NCBI GenBank assembly: GCA_002269645.1 | Contig: NIVC01000211.1 | Coordinates: forward strand, 248,001 to 312,000 | Reading direction: 5' to 3' | DNA: 64,000 bases | Source of the DNA: Macrostomum lignano | Lineage: Eukaryota | In this document: one piece after another, positions 50,128-63,526 of the stretch | Layout: every line of letters begins with the position of its first letter | How positions within the stretch are numbered: the stretch's first letter is position 1 | Translations under genes and position numbers: made by a program | Notes under the pieces: model-generated | The model's database searches: none | What the model saw: the letters and a program-made list of their open reading frames with translations, nothing else | What the model was told of the DNA's origin: nothing

Positions 50128-50620
50128 AAGTCCTGCCGCTTACATGTTTTTAGTGAATGTCCTGCCGCTTACATGTTTTTAGTGAATGTCCTGCCGCTTA
50201 CATGTTTTTGTGAATATCTGCCGCTTACATGTTTTTAGTGAATGTCCTGCCGCTTACATGTTTTTGTGAATGTCTGCCGCTTACATGTTTTTGGTGAATG
50301 TCTGCCGCTTACATGTTTTTAGTGAATGTCCTGCGCTTACATGTTTTTGTGAATGTCCTGCCGCTTACATGTTTTTGGTGAATGTCTGCCGCTTACATGT
50401 TTTTAGTGAATGTCCTGCCGCTTACATGTTTTTAGTGAATGTCCTGCCGCTTACATGTTTTTGGAATGTCTGCCGCTTACATGTTTTTGGTGAATGTCTG
50501 CCGCTTACATGTTTTTGGTGAATGTCTGCCGCTTAAATGTTTTTTGTGAATGTCCTGCGGCTTACATGTTTTTTGTGAGTGTCCTGCCGCTTACATGTTT
50601 TTGTGAAAGTCCTGCTGCTT
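50128..50620. repeat. ~29-30-bp minisatellite (TGTCCTGCCGCTTACATGTTTTTAGTGAA), ~16 units
   Basis: Direct tandem units with small indels. Confidence 0.92.
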
Positions 50621-51819
50621 AGATATTTTTAGTGAACGCCCCATGCTTGCTTGCTTTCTGATGAAAGCCTCGTAGATTACCCGTTTTTTGTGACATGTTC
50701 CCTTGTTTACATGCTTTGGCTTTTGGATACTCCATAACGCAAGCTCCGTGGCTTAGATGTTTTGTCCTGTGATAGTTACGCAACATATTTATTTTTAGCC
50801 ATCAGCATGCAGGGCATGTACGTAAAATAATTAACTTTGATTTCTGTAGCCAGTTTTATTTTCCTAACAAAAGCAAATCATTGAAACATTTATTGCGAGA
50901 TTTTCATTTACAAAACAATTTTTTGATGTCGTTACAAATGAAAATCTGTCTACTAACAATTTTTTAATCCTCGCTACTATCCTCCTATTTTATATTCAAA
51001 TGTCTAAAATATTTCCTTGCTTTACTTTTTACTGTTTAAATTCAATTTATCCCAGATTTTGAGACTTGCCAGGATCAAACAGTAATAACTTAGAAGTTTA
51101 TAAAACTTTTATTTCCGTGTTTTATTTTGTTCTTTTACACAATTGGATGTGTTTGAAGTGTTTAAATAGTTCTTTTCAAAAGTCAAAATCAATTACACCA
51201 GAAAAATACGCTCGATGCTATTTTGTGACGAAGAAATTATATCTTTTATATGAATCAAGACGAGCTCTATCATTATTATATCATTTTCTGTAACCCCGAG
51301 CGCGCTACTCTTGTGCCGACATTCACTGCCTCGCTCACTTGGACCATTCACCTCAGCTGATGTTGGGCAGCTTGTGCTGTGACGGAGTAACCTAGGTGTC
51401 GCATGCTGAACCAGCGGTCCCAGGTTGTTTGAAGTGCGCTGACTTTCAGCCAACTATGGGCAAAGGTTCAAGGACACCTGTAGTCTAGTCATGGCCGATC
51501 TGTGCTATGGTATCAATTGAACAGCCCAGCAGAGAATTGCTTGGTTGAAAAAAGGGACTACTCGAACTTCTCGTATTTTGCTTCTCGACCAACAAAATAC
51601 TCGTAATTTCTAAACAGTATCGCTCTAATTGAAAATTCCAAAAATATTAACGGATCCTTTTCCAGAAACTCGTCATGTTTTCACAGTAAACAATGGCTCT
51701 TTAAGCTATTGGATATCTCTGGAAAAGAAGATTCCAGCTTAGAATTTTATTAGAAGCGGCTTAACACAGCGGCTATATGCATGCCTCTATCGAATACCAC
51801 TACGTTGGACCAAGGACAG

Positions 51820-52145
51820 AGAAGCTCAGTGGTAAACGTGACCCTTAGTTCGATTCCGTGCGCGGCCACATTCACTTGATGCTTGTGCACCGAAAATTGC
51901 CCGGTGAGTTGTCCTGCGATTCACAGACATGAAGGCCAACCCCCAAGGCACAGATAGTGTACATGCCTGCCAGGATTAGAAAGTCAGATCCGCTGTACAC
52001 CCTGTGTGAGCGTGAGTATGAGCGCTTGCTAGCGTACAGTATTAGAGCCCTAGTATCTGCTTAGGAGTCAGCGGAATTGACGAATGTCTCCGAAAGCGTT
52101 GCGCCAGGATGCCCAAAGCCCTGTTGGTAATATTATTGCTGTTGT
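51820..52145 (+). mobile_element. Putative tRNA-derived SINE
   Basis: Pol III A-box-like AGCTCAGTGGTA (~51823) and B-box GTTCGATTCC (51848-51857) with no full cloverleaf; runs into the GTT tract. Confidence 0.45.
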
Positions 52146-52184
52146 TATTCAACTTGGGTGGACAATTAGTGAAGGTGAAGGTTC

Positions 52185-52352
52185 ATTGCTGTTGTTGCTA
52201 TTGTTGTTGTTGTTGTGTGTGTTGTTGTGGATGTTGTTTTTGTTGTTGTTGGTGTGTTGTTGCTATTGTTGTTGTTGTTGTTGTGTGTTTTTGTGGATGT
52301 TATTTTTGTTGTTGTTGGGGTTGTTGTTGCTATTTTTGTTGTTGCTGCTGTT

Positions 52353-52400
<48 letters not shown>
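52185..52400. repeat. (GTT)n microsatellite / LINE (AAC)n tail, copy 2
   Basis: As 14408-14750 but shorter. Confidence 0.9.
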
Positions 52401-53187
52401 GATGCCAGCTTTGCCTTAATCAGCTACAAGGGTCGGCCGTTCGGATCACAATGACGGGTTCTTCTTCCATTCCTAGTGCCGCAGCGCCTCTTCCGCCTGC
52501 TCGCAAACCACACTGATGTGTCTGCAGCACCAGGTCGGCATCCTCGTTTCCGTCAGCGGGCAGCTCCACACATGCTCCATCCTCTCTTCCTCCACGCCGC
52601 AGAGCCGACATGAGCCGTCCTCTTGCAGACATGTGCGATTCCTGTAGCTTTCCATCTCAAGCGAGTGCCCAGTGCGCATTCGACTGAAGCTCACTTCCTC
52701 CGTTCTACTGCTGAAGACAGGATCTGCCACTTCATCCACCTCCTCGTTGCCCTCTGTACCACAGTGACTCCAGGGCATCAAGCTCTTAGTGAATTGGCCT
52801 GGCTAGCGAGTTTCTGCCACTCTTGTCCACGATGTCTGTGGTTCACGAGCTTTTGCTGTCTGTACAGACCATCGCTTTCTCCCAAACCTGCAGCGCACCT
52901 GCCAGCCATCTTGAAGCTTCCCACAGAGCATAAAGCCCAGCTTGAGTGGAATCCCTCAAGTTTTGCCTCCGGCCACTTTCCGCCTTTCCAACGTCCGCTC
53001 CATGTCTCCGCTCTCGACAATGTGCCACTTGCCCACCGATCCATCCGTAAAGATGATCGCATCCGCTCCAACTCCGGCCTCCTTGACGCGAGCGATGCCC
53101 ATTTGCCTGCACTCCTGTTGCTGCTCAAAACATTATTGAGCTCATCAAAGGCACGTTTTCTAGATGAACATTTCACAAATGACTGAG
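52401..53187 (-). mobile_element. Non-LTR 3' fragment, copy 2 (retains a segment deleted in copy 1)
   Basis: RTGHSLEMESYRNRTCLQEDGSCRLCGVEEERMEHVWSC. Confidence 0.7.
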
Positions 53188-53520
53188 CCTAGTTCCTAAA
53201 AATTTGCAATCCAGTGAACCGAGTGAATGAAAAATGGACCAAATGGTTTGCTTTTAAACACATTACAAACAGGCAAAGAGACAGAGGGATCGAGCTTTCG
53301 TACATTAAACTAGCCTAGCAAAATCCACTGATCTCAAATCATTTCAACAGTAAAATTAAGCAGTTGTACACGAATCCTGTGGAAGCTAGAAAAGCTATAA
53401 AAGTTAAATTTCTCAATAACGGTTTTCTCTTTTTATTAGCATTGACTTTATTGTATAGCCCAATCTCGTTTTACCAACCATGAATTTAGCAATCATTGCG
53501 CGGTAAAACTGACACAATAA

Positions 53521-53868
53521 TCAGATTAGCACCACTCCATCGATTAGCACCACTCCCCCAGATTAGCACCACTCCATCGATTAGCACCACTCCCCCAGAT
53601 TAGCACCACTCCATCGATTAGCACCACTCCCCCAGATTAGCACCACTCCCCCAGATTAGCACCACTCCATCGATTAGCACCACTCCCCCAGATAAGCACC
53701 ACTCCCCAAGATTAGCACCACTCCATCGATTAGCACAACTCCCCCAGATTAGCATCACTCCCCAAGATTAGCACCACTCCATCAGATTAGCACAACTCCC
53801 CAAGATTAGCATCACTCCATCAGATTAGCACCACTCCCCCAGATTAGCACCACTCCCCAGATCAGCAT
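53521..53868. repeat. CAGATTAGCACCACTCCCC minisatellite, copy 2
   Basis: About 18 units. Confidence 0.9.
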
Positions 53869-54857
53869 TTTCTCCGTCAGCCGGAACGTCGGCAGCTTTA
53901 CAACCAAAAATCGCGGTTTGCTGTGTTTTATTATATAGTTAAATTTAACTTATTATTTACCTGTTCTCTTTCAGCTTGGAGTCGCCGTCCATATATACAA
54001 ATAGGTATTGGAGTTCGAGTGTGCAAGTGAGGCAATAAATCGCAACCGATCTCCGAAAAAACGAGTTGCATCGCTCGGGAATGCGGCCTCATCTATTTCA
54101 TAGGCATTTGGATTCCCTGCCGCCGATGTTTAGACGGGGCGAGGGTAGACTTGGCTGCATGGTGTTGGGCGCTTTTGCTTTGCATGAGTTGGAGCAATTA
54201 GAGGAGGTCATTCTGTGAGCATTTTGTGACTCGGTTCGCACGTCCACCCCTCGGTTGCTGCGCTTCTCGGGGTCCACCGCCGGTCTTGGGTGCGCTCGCT
54301 CCTCCTCACCCTCCGGCGGACTCCGGCCCGGCCACGTGCTGCGCTCATTATTCTTCTGCTGCTGGCTGGCCTCGCCTGTCAACCGCCTCGCCCAAACTCG
54401 CCGTCTCGCCTTTTTCTTCTGTCTGGAATGGATGGCGGCTGCTGTAGTCTTGTCACACTCCAGTTGCCTTCCACTATGGGCCTCTATTGTCTCATTTATT
54501 CGCTCTATCTTCTCATTGTGCCACTATTATACTTGAGCTGGCCTCGCCTCACTCTGCGTAATTCTTGCTTGGCTCGTTTTCTGCGTGGCTCTTTCTTATG
54601 AGTTTGTAAACACCATACAGCGATATACGGAAAGACGGATATACGGATATATTGGCATCTGGATAATACGGATATGCAGATACATGGGCATCTGGATAAT
54701 ACGGATATGCAGATGCATGGACATCTGGATAATACGGATATGCGAATCCTCTTAGCGCAGTGTCAATCGGGTATATATATTCCTAGTCTTGCCGCGGCCC
54801 TCATCGCATCGGTCTGAACTCACTCAAGCACTCTAACAAGCTCAACTTGCACCCAAA

Positions 54858-56180
54858 ATGCAGTCCTGGACTCTGCTCACCGGCCTTCTGCTGGGTCTCG
54901 CCTGCTGCACGCTTTCTGCAGATGCCAACGGACAGTCGGGTTACATGGACGTGAGCAGCTTCGCTCGAGTCGGCACCACCACGTTCAAAGGATCGAAGTT
55001 GAGTGTCTTTGAAATCGATGGCGTTCGCGTTGCCGAGCCGAGAGTTGCTTTCCAGTCCTCATGCAGTGCCGTGAACTTCAACTGGGGGTACAAGAAGTAC
55101 CAACTGACTCTGTCGATTCGCATCGATCCCAACGCACTCCGATCGCGCAAGGGCTCGTCGAAGAAAGTCGGCCGCGTGTCGATCATCAGGCTGAATGTGA
55201 AGGCGGACCAAGGCTTGTCCAGCCGACAGTCCGGGCTTTCCGTGATGGCGAAGGTGAAAAACTCGGGCAGGAGGGCCGACCTCGTCTTTCTGTGCAGCTC
55301 GTTCCGCAGGTGCCAGCAACTCAGAAACGAGCTCGTGAGCAACCCGTCGAACATCGGCCGGGCGCTGCAGTTTGAAGCTCTCGGCAGAGTCGGCAGCATT
55401 CCGGTGAGGTTCGGCGTCAGGAGCAGCGCCAACCTGCCGAGGCTGAGGTGCAACCGGCACCGCTGGATCGTGTTCCAGAGGCGGGTCGACGGCAGCCTCT
55501 CGTTCGCTCAGAACTGGGACTCCTATGTGAAGGGATTCGGAAATCCCAGCTCCAACTACTGGATGGGTGAGTTGAGCAGAAGCGGAGATAAAGAGCATTA
55601 GTTTCCTGGTGAAAGTAGCATCCAGTCCTATTTTACAAAATTGCAAACTTGCTTTTTACAGTTTCGAAGTAGTAGCTAATTGCAAAAATATTTAACAATA
55701 AAGTAGCTTATTCTCTATTTTTCACCCACAGGCTTGGACCGGCTGTCCGAGATGACGAAAACTGGTGAAAAGAACGGCTTCGCCCTGACTTCTCGGTGCC
55801 GGTTGAGAATCGAGGTCCAGAGCTTCAGAGGCGGGAGGTACAACGCCGAGTTCAGAATGTTCCAAGTGCTCGGTCCTGAGCAGCAGTACCGCCTGCGCGT
55901 CGGACTGCAGGTCGGCCGTTCAGAACTGGGCAACCGGTTTCTGTATCACAACAATATGAGGTTCAGCACATTCGACAGAGATCACGACACGTTCAAGCAT
56001 TCGTGCTCTCGATGGTACGGCTACGGTGGTTGGTGGTTTAACAGTTGCCATAGCGTGAACCTGAACGGAGCCTACGCCACAGACAGGAAGATCACTAACA
56101 ATCCAACGTACATGAGCTTCTACGTGCACAAGAAACACGTTCCAATGAGGCGCAGTCTGATGAAATTCAGGTGCTATTGA
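54858..56180 (+). CDS. Secreted FReD protein, copy 3 (intact; exons 54858-55566 and 55732-56180; 385 aa)
   Basis: Signal peptide; fibrinogen C-terminal motifs QRRVDGS, NYWMGLD, FSTFDRDHD, GGWWFNSCH.VNLNG; 709+449 nt = 386 codons including stop. Confidence 0.92.
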
Positions 56181-56495
56181 TCTTTTGCTGCTGCTTTTTA
56201 GCAGACAGTTATGACTCATGACTACTTAACTTTATCCAAGACTGGTTGGTGTGTGGGAACGTTTTTTCGCACATACAATTATTATCTATTACCTTTCTCG
56301 TGCATGCACTGATAAAGTATGCACAGTGTTTTTTGTGGCAAGTCAATTAATCAACAATTAATGATTTATTAAAATCAAATTATGATTTCGAGATGCGGCC
56401 AAAAGGTTCACAGCTCTGAGACAGCTCTGAACTCTGAGTTTTATAATCTCAGAAAGCGTCCTTTTGTTTCTTCTTTGCCAACTGTCTGTCAGTCA

Positions 56496-58788
56496 GTTCA
56501 AGAACGCAACACGGACATTGTGCTATCCGCGACGATTTTGTGCGTCATCAGATTCGTAAGCCCGAGTTCAGACCTGTCTTTGGCAAAGTCGTCACGATTT
56601 TTGGCGACCAGGGAAACGAACTCTCTTGCCTCTGCGTCTGAGAGGCAACAGGAACCAAACTCTTTGACTTCGCTGAGGGGATTCCACAGCTCTCAATCTT
56701 ACTGAACAGCATTCAGCTGCAGCTCTGCTGGCTGCTGCCCAGAGACCGCCAAAAACCAGCCGGCTCGCGCACCCTGCCGCATCGACAAACTGCACTCCGA
56801 TGTGTTCAGCATTCTGACAGACAGCTGACCCTCTTGATAGGGCAGCTGCACCGAGCTGACCAGGAAATGATTACCTGCTGCCCGAAACTCGGGCTCCACC
56901 ATTCTAGGCAACTGAAATCTCCTCACCCCGCGTCTCTGAAGGCGGACTGGGACCCCAGCTTCTCTGGACATCCATACGGACAGCCTGGCACAGCTCGATG
57001 CGGTACACAAGAGGTCTGTCAGCACACAAGCAATTCTGTGTAGAGGCAGTGTCTAGCAAAATCAATTATCATGCAATTTCTAATGTAAAAAGTCGGTTCC
57101 TAAAATGCATTGCTGTGAAATTTCCTCGACTACTAAAAATTCGTTCTTGAATTTGATCTACCCAATAGAAAACTTTCCATCAATTAGACACAAAGTTTAA
57201 ATTGGCGCGCTACTCGCTGTACAAATTTAAAATCCGTATACCACGATGCTGAATTCGATTCCTAATTTTGTGTAGGTTCTAGGAAACGACCACTTATACT
57301 AATGACAATGTGCACCCGCTGTTCAGCAAATAAGCAACCAAGGCACGGACTCGAACTTCGCGTCAATATAAACCAGTTAATTTCCCTCCTTGCTTCAGCT
57401 GGGCGATCTCTGCCTTCAAGCTGGCGATCTCTGCCTTCAAGCTGGTGATCTCTGCCTTCAAGCTGGCGATCTCTGCATTCAAGCTGGCGATCTCTGCATT
57501 CAAGCTGGTGATCTCTGCCTTCAAGCTGGCGATCTCTGCATTCAAGCTGGCGATCTCTGCCTTCAAGCTGGCGATCTCTGCATTCAAGCTGGCGATCTCT
57601 GCCTTCAAGCTGGCGATCTCTGCATTCAAGCTGGCGATCTCTGCATTCAAGCTGGTGATCTCTGCCTTCAAACTGGCGATCTCTGCCTTCAAGCTGGCGA
57701 TCTCTGCCTTCAAGCTGGTGATCTCTGCCTTCAAGCTGGCAATCTCTGCATTCAAGCTGGCGATCTCTGCATTCAAGCTGGTGATCTCTGCCTTCAAGCT
57801 GGCGATCTCTGCATTCAAGCTGGCGATCTCTGCCTTCAAACTGGTGATCTCTGCATTCAAGCTGGCGATCTCTGCCTTCAAGCTGGCGATCTCTGCATTC
57901 AAGCTGGCGATCTCTGCCTTCAAGCTGGCGATCTCTGCCTTCAAGCTGGCGATCTCTGCCTTCAAGCTGGCGATCTCTGCCTTCAAGGTGGTGATCTCTG
58001 CCTTCAAGCTGGGCGATCTCTGCCTTCAAGCTGGGCGATCTCTGCCTTCAAGCTGGGCGATTTCTGCATTCAAGCCGGCGATCTCTGCAGCTGTGCGAGC
58101 TGTCTGACTGTTCAACACGTGGACTGACCTCTTACTCTCCAGCAGCTTCATCGATGCGAGAGTCTGGCGCACTCGCTGGATTGCGGCCTGCAGCGCTTAA
58201 GGGTCCTGCAGCAAGACAATCCTCAAGCACCCTGTCCAGTACTCGAAGCCTTTTAGTCATTCATCTCTCTGCTCCACTGGCAGAGCCGGATATGCTTTAC
58301 GCATGAGCTCATTGAGAGCGTCAGCGTCGTCCTCTAGCGCTTCTCCATCTAGCTGCGACTCCTGTTTCGGGTCACGGCTTCACCAGATGTTGTGCACCCA
58401 TCCACAGGAGCGCCTCTCCTGCAGCTTAACCTGTTGGGAAGCCGCGACTCCCAGATTTTCATTCACAGCTCCCTGTTCCAGCTTCCGAGGGAGAAGCAGG
58501 GAAAAATCAAGAACTTACACAACTAGCAGATTAGTTAATCCTCATAGTTTGCAAGCAGCCAACTTCGAGGTCGACGGTAGGTAATAAAGGGGGTTGTTAT
58601 GCTTCACTAATCAATTCCATTGTAGTTCAGCTGCATTTATAGGTCAAGTGCAAATGTACGAAGCACTGCAGGGTGGAGGCAGCACAGTCACTTCGGCAAT
58701 GTCGAACTAGCTAGACAGCTCGTCGAAATCCAGCATCTCTGGCGTCGGGTGGTGCACCGAGTGGCCTAAATGGGTGCGGGTCTTTTGG
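56496..58788 (-). mobile_element. Decayed Gypsy gag-protease-pre-RT remnant, copy 2
   Basis: LSDAEAREFVSLVAKNRDDFAKDRSELGLTNLMTHKIV (pre-RT), LLNSGCTLSLV, ELMRKAYPALP. Confidence 0.72.
57395..58075 (-). repeat. 21-bp heptad-coding minisatellite, ~29 in-frame units (ORF 57363..58007)
   Basis: (L-K/N-A-E-I-A/T-S)n uninterrupted; 22-bp variants at the 5' end. Confidence 0.95.
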
Positions 58789-59778
58789 CATGCGGGACGA
58801 AGCACAGGTACAGCATGCAGGATGAAGCACAGGTACAGCATGCGGGATGAAGCACAGGTACAGCATGCGGGATGAAGCACAGGTACAGCATGCGGGATGA
58901 AGCACAGGTACAGCATGCGGGATGAAGCACAGGTACAGCATGCGGCATGAAGCACAGGTACAGCATGCAGGATGAAGCACAGGTACAGCATGCAGGATGA
59001 AGCACAGGTACAGCATGCAGGATGAAGCACAGGTACAGCATGCAGGATGAAGCACAGGTACAGCATGCAGGATGAAGCACAGGTACAGCATGCAGGATGA
59101 AGCACATGTACAGCATGCAGGATGAAGCACAGGTACAGCATGTGGGATGAAGCACAGGTACAGCATGCGGGATGAAGCACAGGTACAGCATGCAGGATGA
59201 AGCACAGGTACAGCATGCAGGATGAAGCACAGGTACAGCATGCAGGATGAAGCACAGGTACAGCATGCAGGATGAAGCACATGTACAGCATGCAGGATGA
59301 AGCACAGGTACAGCATGTGGGATGAAGCACAGGTACAGCATGCGGGATGAAGCACAGGTACAGCATGCGGCATGAAGCACAGGTACAGCATGTGGGATGA
59401 AGCACAGGTACAGCATGTGGGATGAAGCACAGGTACAGCATGTGGGATGAAGCACAGGTACAGCATGTGGGATGAAGCACAGGTACAGCATGTGGGATGA
59501 AGCACAGGTACAGCATGCAGGATGAAGCACAGGTACAGCATGTGGGATGAAGCACAGGTACAGCATGTGGGATGAAGCACAGGTACAGCATGCGGGATGA
59601 AGCACAGATACAGCATGTGGGATGAAGCACAGGTACAGCATGCGGCATGAAGCACAGGTACAGCATGTGGCATGAAGCACAGGTACAGCATGCGGCATGA
59701 AGCACAGATACAGCATGTGGGATGAAGCACAGGTACAGCATGCGGGATGAAGCACAAGTACAGCATGCAGGATGAAGC
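58789..59778. repeat. 25-bp minisatellite, ~39-40 units
   Basis: Tandem CATGCRGGATGAAGCACAGGTACAG. Confidence 0.95.
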
Positions 59779-60546
59779 TCTCTACACGGCCTCCATAGAG
59801 TGCCCGTCTCCATCCTGATTGAACTGCGCAGAGAAGCTAAATGAGTGAGGCTCATTTTGGGATAAAATTCGCAAAAATAAAAAAATCTCTTTCTTATGGT
59901 GTACCAAATTAATGGATTTTCTTTTCTAACTCTTAAGTGTTGGACCCGGGGAAAAACCTGCTCATATTTTCGAGTTAGTTTTCTTTGCCTATTAATAACT
60001 GATGCACGAAGAAAAGGTCCGCTTGAAAGTAGTATCCTTGGGGTTTTTTACTTTTAGCTTTAGCCTTCTATAGATTTAATTATTTTCTAACAAGATCAAA
60101 CAAACTTTTCTACTTCTACTGAGCCTGGGCAGAGGACTACGAGAATAAAAAAACAAGAAAAAACAGAAGAAATAAAAGTACATTGACCGGCAATTTTAAG
60201 ACCCACTTTTAGATTCCATCTTTCGTTCTCTTTCTCAGTTTGGTCTGGCTGTCTAACCTTCCAGCCGTACTTCAAGAAGTCTTACAGTCATTTCAGTTAA
60301 AGCATTTCCGGTAAATTTCCAGTAATTTAAACTCGAGAGTTCCTTAGATTGAAGTTGTATCTATTCTATAGATATTAAATCCTTTCGTTCCCTGCCGAAA
60401 TTCTGCAGGATTCCTTCGTGCCTCGACGGCAGGGTTCAAAGAAAAATACATCCAACGATTTTACGTTAAATTAGTAGATTTCTTTGGGGCGACGAGGCCA
60501 GATAATACAATGTCAGTTATTTCGGCTAGGTTAAGTCAGCCCTCGG

Positions 60547-60750
60547 CAGTGGCGGATCCAGAGTTTCATTTTTGGGGCGGGGTCCAAGTTTGGGGCGCAA
60601 ACACGAGTATAAGGGGCGCCAATGTTTAGGCTGGTGGCGCAAAAAAGCTAGCTTAGGGGCGCAAAAAAGGCATTTGGGGGCGAAAAATCTAGTTTAGGGG
60701 GCGCAATATGTTCGGTCACGCTATTTTGGGGGGCCCTAAATCCGCCCCTG
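60547..60750. mobile_element. hAT-type MITE, duplicate of 917-1120
   Basis: Same TIRs and flanks. Confidence 0.8.
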
Positions 60751-60957
60751 GCACTCGGTTGCTAATTTGGCTATCGGTGTTAAGGGTGGGCCGCTGCTTC
60801 TCTTTCCATCCAGTCGGTTAAATTTTGAGCTCGCTAGACCTGACCTCACCGCCACTCCCCCAGATTAGCATTAATCCATCAGATTAGCACCACTCCCCCA
60901 GATTAGCATGTTCTAATCAGAGATTAGCAGATCTCTAGAAGATTAATAGGGAGGGCT

Positions 60958-62350
60958 GATTAAGCGCGCCAGGAATAAGCGCGCACGGAAAAATGTTGGA
61001 ATAAGCGCGCTGCGATGTATCAAAATACTGTAATAAGCGCGCATCGATATTCCTCGATACAGGAAAGAGCGCGCAACGTTTTTTAAAAGTCCTGGAATAA
61101 GCGCGCACAGATTTTCAACAGACCTAAGATTAAAGTCGAATTTTCGCAGGGCGATCCTCTTCTGGTATCATGCTCGGCGTCGGACGCAACAGACGTAAAG
61201 CGGGAGCAATTTCGTCTGCGGGCAGCAGAGGCAGACCCAGTAGGCTCAGCATCCACCTCCTGACTGCGGAGTCGCAACCTCGCCCGATCTGCGATTGGAA
61301 TCCGCTGAACTTGAATTTCCCGACTACAGATTGACAGAAGTGGAACCGGCAACCAGATACTTCTGCTGGAGCGAATGCATTTTCGGCGGAACTCATCAAT
61401 GCGAGTTCAAAATCAGTCACAATTGTCTTTACCGCCGGAGAGGGACAAAGCACTGTAGAAACGTTTTTCAGCGTGCAGTCGTAGAGCATCTTCGTCTTCC
61501 TATTCAGCAAAACATACAGCGTAGGCCAAAAGCTGTCGTTTTTGATAAAACCAATTGTGACAAGCTGATAAAAAATTCTCGGCACGGTTTTAAAAGTGCC
61601 ATCAATGCACCACGTGTCTGCTTGCTTGAGGCGTGGCAGTAGGTCAGGATGTCCAAAAAAATTGCAACTCCGCCATCTGCAGACGTAACTGAACCCTGCA
61701 AAACACACACGTCGCTGCAGTGCCGGAATCTCTCTGGTGCATCCATAATGGCGTGACAGGCAGCACCGGCGTCAGCCGGCAGAGGAGGCAGAATTCGGTG
61801 GCGCTGTTTGTACAGGGTCGACTCTATCTCTGCAAAGCCGATGGATGCTGCACCTGACGATCTAGCAGTCTCGTCATCAAAAATGTCTCGAAGAGTGGCA
61901 CTCGAATCTTCGGCTCTTCTTTTAAGTCTGCTCTTTAAGTGCAGAAGCTCCAGACGCTGTCCCTCTGCCTCGTGATTGTGGACTGATGTCACACTCAGGC
62001 TACCGTCTTGATGCTGCAGTAGGCGACCAGGACAGTGTTTGTCGCAGCAGCGGAAACCGACTTTGCTTCTATCTCTGCCACTGTCTTTTCGATAGACGAA
62101 TTCGTCCTTTACAAAAATTTTTGAACCGCGACGGTTTCCTTCTATGCACTCCATAGCTAGAAGTAACACTGAATAATTTGATCGCAGTGTAATCGGCTTT
62201 TAAACGCCGCAATTGAAAGTGTAATTGAAAGTGTAAGTCGGATCAGGCCCACAACCTGATTTGCACGCTCCATGCGCTGGGCTCCACGCGCTGCGCCGAA
62301 CCATGTAAAATATGTGCGAAAATGCGCGCTTGTTCCTGGCGCGCTTAATC
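60958..62350 (-). mobile_element. Truncated MULE, duplicate of 1308-2700 (transposase remnant 61130-62154)
   Basis: Same TIRs, same frameshift, a few substitutions. Confidence 0.8.
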
Positions 62351-63526
62351 TAGCTACCCGATTAATATAGTCTCAGCAAAATCACAATATACTAAATCTC
62401 TAAGGTTTTCATTACCTAAATTGAATTGTTCAAAAATCAATGCGCGACAGTAAAACATTCAATCTGCATAGATAACAATTAATACAACAGGTTAAGAAGT
62501 CAGTAAAGAGAGTAAAGATTGGGCATTTAACCCCTCGCTTATTTACGAGTATAGTGAATTTTCCCGATGCAGTCACTGCAACACTGTCCGCGTTAGCAAC
62601 TTCTCACGCCTTCCAGACATTGTCGCAATTCCGGCCGATTCCCATGGTCTCCGTCACTCTTGCGACGTCTGGAATGTCTCAGTGTTCAGAATGTAATTAA
62701 CGACCCCCCACATACAGGCATGCAACCCTTTGAAGTGGAAGCAGACTTTTAGGGCGGCCTGCACTCACCCTTTGCACTGCCGTCCTCCAGCGCTTGTGGC
62801 TTTTTGTAGAGTGCAGCTGTCCACAACTACTACACTCCACCACGCTCTGATAACAGTGCAATTTGCTAATTCCCTAACCTAAATTCTAAGTCCTATCCCT
62901 AATACGTAGTTCCTACGATAGTCCCTAGATGACAGTCGATTGCCGTTCTTATACCAACCTGCTCAGGTGCACGAGCTTTTCGCGGTCAGCCACTGCGAAA
63001 AAATTGCAAAAAAAATCGACACGCGCTTGGCGGGTCAGCGAGAGTCGCTTCGCACGAAATAATCGCCACCCAAGCCGGGGCACGTGACCAAAGCCCGGCC
63101 CACCACCCCCACCCCGCACCAACACACAAGAGCCACTCGCTCAACACCCAACCAAGCTACGCCCGGTTGAACCAATACAGCACTCACAGACATTCAATTG
63201 AAGTAAATTAGGTTTATGATGCTCAAATTCGATTGCGCAACGTACAGTCAAGTCAAGCAGGCACACCAATAAAGTCAGCTCAGCTTCTGTCGTAACGGAT
63301 TGCTGTCGAGCTCGTCGCTCTCAGTCGTCCTGCAGACGGGCATCCCGCTATTCTGCCGACTCAGCCGATTGACCTTGAGCTGACCGATCTGCGTTTTTCT
63401 TAGAACAACTAAGATTTAAAAACAGTGTGAATACCATCAATACTGTCTTCCGTGTCACCGTCTGTTTCTCTCTCGAAATCCGCTAGCGGTAAGAATCCCA
63501 GAGCCTACTCTTCCCACAGCCGTAAC

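Noticed and set aside
51820-51870. Possible tRNA gene
   Set aside because: A and B boxes are too close and there is no anticodon arm or acceptor stem; treated as a SINE head
58707-59855. Long Cys/His-rich ORFs (382, 351, 329 aa) and equivalents at 21859-22500
   Set aside because: Artefacts of a stop-free 25-bp repeat cycling through all three frames
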